Assembly (NCBI GenBank): GCA_050012755.1
Contig: JBEKGO010000025.1
Coordinates: 1-40,634, forward strand
Direction: 5' to 3'
Origin: Candidatus Bathyarchaeia archaeon
GTDB lineage: Archaea > Thermoproteota > Bathyarchaeia > Bathyarchaeales > Bathycorpusculaceae
DNA: 40,634 nucleotides
The notes under the pieces were generated by a model. The model was not told the origin of the DNA. It saw only the letters and a list, made by a program, of their open reading frames with translations, and made no database searches. Made by a program: the position numbers and the translations under genes. Shown piece after piece: positions 29,482 through 36,853 of the stretch. Position 1 is the first letter of the stretch, and each line of letters opens with the position of its first letter.

Positions 29482-29793
29482 GGGCTGGCGAGTTGGTGTG
29501 TGGCTTTCGGACCCAAAATTTGGGTCTGAGGAAACTCCGCCCACGTGTAGAATTGCAGTCCCTCTGGGACAGGGCGAGAGCCTTGGCAACGGAGCAGAAA
29601 CGAAACGTCCAACTGGACTTGGCGATGACACATTTGTGATGTTGAGTGTGCCAGTTTGGAAGCGGTGAAACGGCCGTCCTGCAAGTGGAAAGGGCAAACA
29701 GTCGCTGATGAAGTCTCTACCTGAAGGCGCGGGTAGCCCGATTAGCCGAATGCCACAATAACAGAAGGCGGGTTACTGCCAACACACCAGCCC
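29482..29793 (+). ncRNA. rnpB: Archaeal RNase P RNA
   Basis: P4 halves GAGGAAACTCCGCCC (29528-29542) and ACAGAAGGCGGGTTA (29761-29775); terminal GGGCTGG/CCAGCCC pairing; hairpin GGACCCAAA/TTTGGGTCT; GCAGAAACG and GGTGAAACGGCC conserved blocks. Confidence 0.95.
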
Positions 29794-29894
29794 AATTCCT
29801 TACAGACAGGATGCTTCTTTTCCAAAACATATTTGCGCCAAGAAAAACAAAAAAGAGAGAGTTTGAAGGAAATTTGCCGATTTCGGTTTTTCCT

Positions 29895-30665
29895 TCAATT
29901 GAGCTTTCGGATTTTTGGTTGTTCCCGGAAATATCGAATACTGACTAGCGTGACAAAAGTCGATAAGACTGCGACAACTCCGATGGTTAAGGTCTCTGGA
30001 ATGGCGCCGGTAACAGTTAGAGATGAAGTTGCACGGTTTCCGCTTGTATCTATTGCCGTAACGGTGTAGGTTCCAGCAGCCACGTTGGGCACGATAATGT
30101 TAGCTGTGAAAACGCCTGTGGCACTTGTAGTTACGTTAGCAGCCGGAGTCACTGTATAACTGTAATAAGTGTAGGTGGCGCTGTAAACCTGGACGTCGCC
30201 TGTGAGGTCCATCGTAGATGTACGGCTCCATTGGCCTGTTACATAATTTATTGTGCCTGCGACAAAGTATGAGCTTGTGCTTGAGAGGGTTCCATCTCCA
30301 TTATCGGTGTACGCGGTTACTACACCACCGGAGGCAGTAGTATCTGATGTCAGGGCAAAGGAACCTGGTTTAATAGGCGCATAAGTCAAGGTACCTGAGT
30401 ATGGACCGGGACCCGTACCAGAGTAGCTCATGTTGGTCTCACTGCCGCTTACTTCTGCTCCGAACCCTATACCCACAGCTTTATTTGCTCCAAAACCGGT
30501 GCCTGCAACGCTGACGGAACCACCTGAACTACTGGAATTGGGCGTCAAAGTAATTGCACCCGCTGCGTTCGCCATCGGCATAAACATCGTTGTTGCTAAT
30601 AGAAATATTGAGAGCGTTATAAAAGCAATAATAACAGCTGAATATGCCTTATTTTTATGTTGCAT
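29895..30665 (-). CDS. Secreted Ser/Thr/Gly-rich surface protein with C-terminal IPE-TM-basic (PEF-CTERM-like) anchor
   Basis: Signal peptide ending ANA; beta-rich body; tail GAIPETLTIGVVAVLSTFVTLVSIRYFREQPKIRKLN. Confidence 0.85.
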   Translation of the reverse strand: MQHKNKAYSAVIIAFITLSIFLLATTMFMPMANAAGAITLTPNSSSSGGSVSVAGTGFGANKAVGIGFGAEVSGSETNMSYSGTGPGPYSGTLTYAPIKPGSFALTSDTTASGGVVTAYTDNGDGTLSSTSSYFVAGTINYVTGQWSRTSTMDLTGDVQVYSATYTYYSYTVTPAANVTTSATGVFTANIIVPNVAAGTYTVTAIDTSGNRATSSLTVTGAIPETLTIGVVAVLSTFVTLVSIRYFREQPKIRKLN

Positions 30666-30771
30666 CTTCTTATTCTCCTTAATTTCCTCAAAGAAAGCTT
30701 ATAATACGAATTTATATTTAACATTTTCCAAGAAGAAAAAGCTGCGTAAAACTTGACAACTGTGAAGGCTT

Positions 30772-30794
30772 AAGGCGGGTTACTGCCAGCACAC
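30772..30794 (+). repeat. Direct repeat of the rnpB 3' end (att-like)
   Basis: AAGGCGGGTTACTGCCAGCACAC versus AAGGCGGGTTACTGCCAACACAC at 29765-29787 (22/23); both are followed by AATTCC (after 6 extra nt in the rnpB copy). Confidence 0.85.
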
Positions 30795-30941
30795 AATTCC
30801 ACAAAAGAACATAACCATTTGAAAGTGGTTTTTTTATCAATTCAGAACATAATCGTTTTGGCGCTTTGCTCCAGCTTTCGCAGCTCGCTAAACTATCTGA
30901 GGAACAACCCACCTAATGATTATCAAGAGCGCAAAAAAGAA

Positions 30942-31163
30942 ATGCCCAAAGAATATGGAACAATTATTGGTAGAGTAGGCATCATTTTACTACTCACTGG
31001 AATAGTTATCACAATAGTTGGTTACTTAAGGTCTTCAGCAAACACCAACCGCATAAACAGTAGCTTGGTAACCTATCTTGGGATAGGGCTAGCGGTTGTT
31101 GGATTTATTTTACTCCTCATATTTGTTATTGAATTTGTATCAAACAACAGAAAACACCCATAA
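30942..31163 (+). CDS. Small 2-TM hypothetical membrane protein
   Basis: ATG at 30942 (MPKEYG...), two clear hydrophobic helices. Confidence 0.6.
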   Translation: MPKEYGTIIGRVGIILLLTGIVITIVGYLRSSANTNRINSSLVTYLGIGLAVVGFILLLIFVIEFVSNNRKHP

Positions 31164-31322
31164 CCGACCTCAAGCGAATTAGGCTTTGCATCGCTCTCGC
31201 TTTCACGTTCGCTCCGCTTTGCCTCATAGATGCGAAAAAGCCAAACGATACGTAAGGAGCGAGAGAGGTCATTCTCATGCAGTCGTGCGAAAGGAAGCAT
31301 AACAGAGAGAAGACTTATTGGC

Positions 31323-31544
31323 TTATTTGGTTTCAGCAATAAGTTTAGTTTCGTATTTGAATGTGCTCATGCAGACTTTACAACGAACAACATTTTCTTC
31401 AGGATAGAATAATCCTTCTCCACCTACGTCGTGAATTGCGTTCTTATGAATCTTGAAAATCAATTCAGCATTGCAGTTTGGGCATTTTTTCCTAACAATA
31501 TTGTATCCTCTAACTCCACGTTCAAGTTTTATATCTATTGTCAT
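31323..31544 (-). CDS. Small Zn-finger hypothetical protein
   Basis: CPNC...CKVC pairs. Confidence 0.55.
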   Translation of the reverse strand: MTIDIKLERGVRGYNIVRKKCPNCNAELIFKIHKNAIHDVGGEGLFYPEENVVRCKVCMSTFKYETKLIAETK

Positions 31545-31591
31545 TTTAGATACCCATTTTGAAAATGGTAGATAATTCTATATAAATTTAG

Positions 31592-31927
31592 CGCGTTTGG
31601 AAAATTCACTTAAGCAGGTTATTTGAAATTCCTCTTAGTAGAATTAGAAGTGCAATACCGAAAGACAATGTTTTTGTAATAGACTACCAAGATGATGTAG
31701 GAGCCAATCAAACCGTTTTTTTCAACCACTCAGATTACATTACCGAATTTGCAAATGAACTTCTTAATTTAAGAATTGTGACAGAAGCGAGCGAAAAAGC
31801 TGTCACGGAAGGAAAAGTTAGGGAGACAATAATCAAAGTGCGTTGTCATTACTGCAACTACACTTACGATAAGAAGATAGATAAATGTCCTCATTGTGGT
31901 GCAATGAATCCGTCAAACTGTTGTTAA
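31592..31927 (+). pseudogene. 5'-truncated or frameshifted Zn-ribbon protein
   Basis: Open frame ending IKVRCHYCNYTYDKKIDKCPHCGAMNPSNCC*; no canonical start for the first ~60 codons after the TAG at 31589. Confidence 0.55.
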
Positions 31928-32341
31928 ACAGAAACGCGTCACTTAGTGAGGAACACCAGTCCTAAGTGGTAAAGAAGTTGACAAACCAAATTTTTGCTAT
32001 CGAAGCGTATAATTGCGAAAAATGCCACCATTGCTTTAAAGTTACGATTAATCCATCCCTGTATATTTCAACCGTTTAATACTCAATGTAACATATGTCC
32101 GCATTGTCAGCGAACTTAGAGCACTTCCCAGACTCGGGACAGTGATCGCAATCGTAGTCTCCGAGGCGATAATTGACACAGCGTTTAAAGCTCTTACACG
32201 TCATTCTAAGCACTGCTCCTCAAAAACTTGGTATGACGCGGGCTATTTAAGCCATATTTCAAGCCTCGGAACATATCAAAAATTTAGCATTTATGTGGTG
32301 ATATCTTTCTTTTTCAACTATCGCTTTAACTCGATCGTGCT

Positions 32342-32663
32342 TCAGGTTTTTTCAGACCTTAAAGGGTTGGTGACCGCAGGTACGTTGTGTTTGGGTTTGT
32401 AAATTATGAATGCGTCTGGTTCCTTATCTTTCGACCGTTTTGTTCTCCACAAACTACCCTCTTGGTAAATAAGTTGATTTTTCATTAAATGCTTTGTATG
32501 CAGTTTCTTGTTTTTTCGTCAAAACCTTTACTGATAATAATTTGATATCTTCTTACGGTAGACACAGGTGTGCTTGGGGTGCTAATTCCAGATAATGCCC
32601 ATCAAGACCCGCACAATTGTCAAGAAGTTCCTTCAGAACCGATATTGCTTCCTCGCGTTTTAA
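32342..32663 (-). pseudogene. Frameshifted hypothetical gene
   Basis: KREEAISVLKELLDNCAGLDGHYLELAP / YQIIISKGFDEKTRNCIQSI / LMKNQLIYQEGSLW...DAFIIYKPK read as one protein-like sequence split by two frame changes. Confidence 0.55.
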
Positions 32664-32785
32664 ACAATCCCAGGCAATTCTCTAAGGGCCTTCTGATAAA
32701 AAAGATTCGGTAATACATCCTTCAAGAGGCGCAGTGTGGAAGATTAATTAGACGTTTCAACTATTATTTATCTTGAGGAATTTCT

Positions 32786-33625
32786 TTGGCGACACCTCAA
32801 AAAGAAATAAAAAGGAAGTTGCCCGGCATCGTTGATATTGCCTATGAGCAATACAAGCGTGATTTGCCACGTTGTCGAACTACGAGGGAACTAATGAGTG
32901 CTGATGTTGTTACGGTAACTCCGGAGGCTTCGCTTGATGATGCAGCTCAAATGATGGGTGAGAAGCATATCGGAAGCCTAATTGTAGTGAAGTATAGAAC
33001 GCCTGTGGGGATAGTTACTGAGAGGGATTTGTTAAGCAAAGTTTTAGCGCTTGGGCTGTTTCTAAAAGATGAAAAAGTGGAAGATGTGATGTCATATCCA
33101 TTATCTGGTGTTTCCTTGACGGCTAAGATAAAAGAAGTTGCCAAACTAATGATTAGTAAGAAAAGCAGACTTGCGGTGTTTGATGCTGGAAGCCTTATAG
33201 GTATAGTAACTGCTTCGGACTTAATCAAGAGTCTGCCTGATGTTCCTGAAACTGAGGTCAAAGTTGATGACTTCATGACAAAACGGGTTGTTAAAGCTGA
33301 TGAAGAAACATCCGTGTTCGACATAGCTAAAATCATGGGTAAGGAACGCATTGGCAGTGTCATAATAACCCGCAGAGGAGAACCGTTTGGTATTTTCACT
33401 GAACGAGACCTGCTCACAAATTTCTTAGCCAAAGGCAAGGCGTTGTTTAGTGAGGTAGGTCCCGAATGTTCACAGCCTCTGACCGTTATTTCCGCAGGCA
33501 CAAGCGTTCATAGAGCTGCCGCCACAATGGCTTTAAAACACATTAGACGTTTGCCTATCGTCAGAGATGAAAAGTTAGTGGGCATTATTACTGCGCGTGA
33601 CCTCGTCGAAGCTTATGCAAAATAA
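32786..33625 (+). CDS. Four-CBS-domain protein
   Basis: GIVTERDL, GIVTASDL, GIFTERDL, GIITARDL. Confidence 0.92.
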   Translation: MATPQKEIKRKLPGIVDIAYEQYKRDLPRCRTTRELMSADVVTVTPEASLDDAAQMMGEKHIGSLIVVKYRTPVGIVTERDLLSKVLALGLFLKDEKVEDVMSYPLSGVSLTAKIKEVAKLMISKKSRLAVFDAGSLIGIVTASDLIKSLPDVPETEVKVDDFMTKRVVKADEETSVFDIAKIMGKERIGSVIITRRGEPFGIFTERDLLTNFLAKGKALFSEVGPECSQPLTVISAGTSVHRAAATMALKHIRRLPIVRDEKLVGIITARDLVEAYAK

Positions 33626-33692
33626 TCTCCTTTCTTTTTTTGGGTCTCTTGAACTAAAGGTTTTCGCAAACCAGACCCTCTATCTAAATTTA

Positions 33693-34223
33693 CTACAATT
33701 GTAGATCAGCTGATTCTACTTTTCTTCGAAGAAGCCTTGACCGTGTTTCAGAATGAACCCTCTTGTCACTTATGGGAAGCTCCATGTCTTTGGCAGTCAG
33801 AACTAATATCTTTTGCACAAGTACTTGGGCGGCTCTCGCGATTTCTTTAATGGGCAGTGTTTCTTTGTCGCAGATGCCTATGCAGCAGCTTGAAAATGGA
33901 AAGTTTAATTCCAACTCAATCTTGTTTTTTTCACAGTTATAATCCACTATTGTAAACGGTTCGAGTCTGCAAACGGCTGGCCTCACATCATAGATTTCAC
34001 ATTTATTGCCCTTGGTAAGAAAAAAGCAGCTGTCGTCCTTTTTTCTGCGAATCCAAGCAATTCCTGTTTCATCAGTGGGCTCTAGAAAATCCTTGAAGCC
34101 TCTTGTTTCTATCAGTTTTTGTTCTGCTTTATTAACGTCGGGCGGCTGCATTCGGCAACAAACGCCACAGTTTTTGCATTGAAAGCCCACAGAATCAAGG
34201 AAGACAACGTTCTCAAAGTTCAA
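33693..34223 (-). CDS. YkgJ-family cysteine-cluster (CxxCxxCC) protein
   Basis: CKNCGVCC, CFFL, CEIYDVRPAVCRLEPF. Confidence 0.88.
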   Translation of the reverse strand: MNFENVVFLDSVGFQCKNCGVCCRMQPPDVNKAEQKLIETRGFKDFLEPTDETGIAWIRRKKDDSCFFLTKGNKCEIYDVRPAVCRLEPFTIVDYNCEKNKIELELNFPFSSCCIGICDKETLPIKEIARAAQVLVQKILVLTAKDMELPISDKRVHSETRSRLLRRKVESADLQL

Positions 34224-34839
34224 GGTGAATATGATTGGGAAAAATGGTTTATTTAGGTTGTGCGACGAAAATCAAATATTTTGAGGGGAATCGTTATGAG
34301 GTGCGGTGTCTAATTCTTTGTTCATTATCACCGTTGTTTGGGAGTGTCGGTTTTGACGATTAAGACTCTGCTCTGCGGCTGTGTTTATGAAGAAACTGAG
34401 TGGATGCTTGTCAGAATAAAAGAATGCGAAAAACACCATAAAGATCGAACCAAAAAAATAGAGTATAGACCAAAATCTGAATGTTGCAGAAACGACACAA
34501 GAGGCGAATAAATCTACATCAAATAGTAAATGTAGATTGCATTGTTGCTACCCATTTGAAGACGTGGCTAGAGCCGTTGATGTTTGAATCGGGGTTTAAG
34601 TTGGCGCATGAGTTGGATTTAGTAATGGGCTGGAATTTTGATAGGGCTGTGAGGTACCCATAAAGTCACCATAAACGAAGACCCCTAATATTACGACTGC
34701 AAAAATAATAAGGGCTGCTAAGGCTTTCTTATTAATGCTGTTCACCAAATTGCTATTCAGCAATAGTTTCATAAATAATTTGAGCAAAATGACAATGGAA
34801 GAATATGTTTTTTATCTGGCTACTTCAATTCAACTGAGT

Positions 34840-35151
34840 CTATTCTTGATATTTAGGACGTTTAGATTCCCTTTGCCAAAAATCGGGGTCCGCAACCAAA
34901 ATTACTTGAACTTCAACTACGTTTCTTGGATTAGTTATCACTGCTCTGAACTTCGGTGATAAATCAGTTTTAGCCAAAAAGGCCATTCTGGACTCTTCCA
35001 ACTGATCCGCTGTGCGCTCAGCTTTTTTATTTGCGTAGCCGCGGTACTTTACACTTTTTCTGCGGATGATGGCTTTATCAAAATTGTCCTTGCTGCATTG
35101 GATTAGTTTTTCGCCGTCTCGAATGAACCAGAATGGAGAAGTCTTTGGCAT
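34840..35151 (-). CDS. Hypothetical protein
   Basis: 103-aa ATG ORF, protein-like composition, no recognised motif. Confidence 0.45.
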   Translation of the reverse strand: MPKTSPFWFIRDGEKLIQCSKDNFDKAIIRRKSVKYRGYANKKAERTADQLEESRMAFLAKTDLSPKFRAVITNPRNVVEVQVILVADPDFWQRESKRPKYQE

Positions 35152-35350
35152 TATTATCGAGGCAATAGGGTCAGTTGACTGTTAATTAAGATTGTCGTAA
35201 TAAATTAGAAATTTGCCTCAGATACCAACTTATTTTTCAGTCATTTTGGAGAAACAGAATATCTGAAACTCCATTACTTTCGTGCAATTGTCTTCATCGG
35301 CACATAAGTAATTTCTGATCTTGTTAAAATTCGTAGCTTAGGGAAAAGGT

Positions 35351-36631
35351 CTATGACTCCTGTGTTTTTCGAATCGACGATTTAGCTCGCAGTACCGATC
35401 CTTTAAGGTCAATCCGTGCAGGACAAACATAGCTGCAGTGTCCACAACCGTCACATAAGTCAGCTTTAAGTTTTTGAAGTTTTTTCACGTTATTTTTGTC
35501 AAATGCTTCTTTGATCATTATCGGGCTTAAATTATGGCAGCATACAACCATGCATTCGCCGCATCTGATGCAATCCACTGTTGTTACGCTTTTGAATTGT
35601 TTTGCCTTGGGAAGATGAGGCGTTTTCTTTTCCAAAGTTGGTTTGCGTAATCCTACATTGTCCAACAATGGTGTGGTTAAATTCATTATTACAAGTGCAA
35701 GGATTGAACCTCCCAAGAAGTTCATATACGTTTGGATAATAACAGTAAGTACGCCTACTCCTGCACCGAAGATGGCTTGCCCTGTAAATGTCAATGGTGT
35801 AGATGCCGGATCAGTAGCCATGAAAAAAGCTAGGAAAATTGAGCTTCCTATGAACAGTTCGAATCCCAATCTGAGAAATAGGTCGCCACCGTAGACAGCG
35901 GTCATAAGAAGGGATATCAACGTAACTGTTCCAATGTAAGCTGCGGTTATTCTCCATTTGACGTATTTGCGACAGAGAATAAACAGTGCCACTCCAACTA
36001 TTATGACTGCTAAGCTTGAAGCTCCGCCTACCCAGCTATGAAACTTCAGAATGAAAAAAGTGTAGAATACATCTGAGGGCGAGTGGACTGTGGATTTACC
36101 CAGACAGTTCTGTATCCAGTAGGCAAAAGAACCCGTGCCACTATAGCCGATTGCACTAGTCAATGGGGGTAATCCTTGACCGCCAAAGGCACTTTCGTAA
36201 TGGTCTGCGGTCAACAGAATTGAGTTTAAGAAGGGAAAAAGAACCAAAAGCTTTGCAGCCGCTGCAGGATTCACATATTTCCTGCCCAGCAAGTTTTGAC
36301 CCTTCTTTAACCCTATCATGCCGAAAACAGCAATTACCGCCGCGAAATAGTATGCTTGAGGACCCGTAAGTGGCAATACCTCAACGGTGGCAATTGAAGG
36401 TAACCCTAAAGTGTATGAAAGGGCAACAATCAACCCGAAGACAGCAGCAGACATCGTGTTCATTGGCCCCTTGGCTTTCATCACTTTTGATAGCAAATAG
36501 TCAAGCACAACAGCAACCGCCACAGCAATCACTGAGATTATGATTGAAGTAGGCCAGTAAGAAATAGCGGAAACACCCGCGAGTATAACAAGCGCCACAA
36601 ATGTGTAGGTCATTAACTTATTTTTTGTCAT
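35351..36631 (-). CDS. RnfD/NqrB-like membrane protein fused to an RnfC-like 2x[4Fe-4S] domain
   Basis: NPAA, GGASSLA, GSSIFLAFFMATDPASTP, ALVIMNLTTPLLD; C-terminal CIRCGECMVVC..NLSP and CDGCGHCSYVCPARIDL. Confidence 0.85.
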   Translation of the reverse strand: MTKNKLMTYTFVALVILAGVSAISYWPTSIIISVIAVAVAVVLDYLLSKVMKAKGPMNTMSAAVFGLIVALSYTLGLPSIATVEVLPLTGPQAYYFAAVIAVFGMIGLKKGQNLLGRKYVNPAAAAKLLVLFPFLNSILLTADHYESAFGGQGLPPLTSAIGYSGTGSFAYWIQNCLGKSTVHSPSDVFYTFFILKFHSWVGGASSLAVIIVGVALFILCRKYVKWRITAAYIGTVTLISLLMTAVYGGDLFLRLGFELFIGSSIFLAFFMATDPASTPLTFTGQAIFGAGVGVLTVIIQTYMNFLGGSILALVIMNLTTPLLDNVGLRKPTLEKKTPHLPKAKQFKSVTTVDCIRCGECMVVCCHNLSPIMIKEAFDKNNVKKLQKLKADLCDGCGHCSYVCPARIDLKGSVLRAKSSIRKTQES

Positions 36632-36853
36632 CCAAGAATATTCTTTTAGTTTCGATATTTCCGCTCCGCTCCTTTCTAGTCAAAATTAGTTTGTCCATAA
36701 GCGGTGATTAGTTAATTAAAACTTTCTTAATTGTTCAATGCAGTTATCGATTGGATACTTTATCCGAAACAATCCGAAACACTTCAATTTATTTATTCAA
36801 TAAAGTAATCTGCGGAAAAGAACAAGCATTAAATTTGGCAATTTCTACTTATT

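Noticed and set aside
29192-29697. Several overlapping ORFs in the track
   Set aside because: They are shadows of the adenylate kinase gene and the GC-rich RNase P RNA.
30800-32200. Integron cassette array
   Set aside because: No integrase, no repeated attC-like sites with a clear RYYYAAC/GTTRRRY core, and mixed gene orientation.
33642-33678. GGGTCT...AGACCC inverted repeat with inner GGTTT/AAACC hairpin
   Set aside because: It lies between convergent genes next to a T-run and is adequately explained as a terminator region.
34596-34787. 63-aa ORF with one TM segment
   Set aside because: Possibly a gene remnant, but the start is unclear and no family could be recognised.
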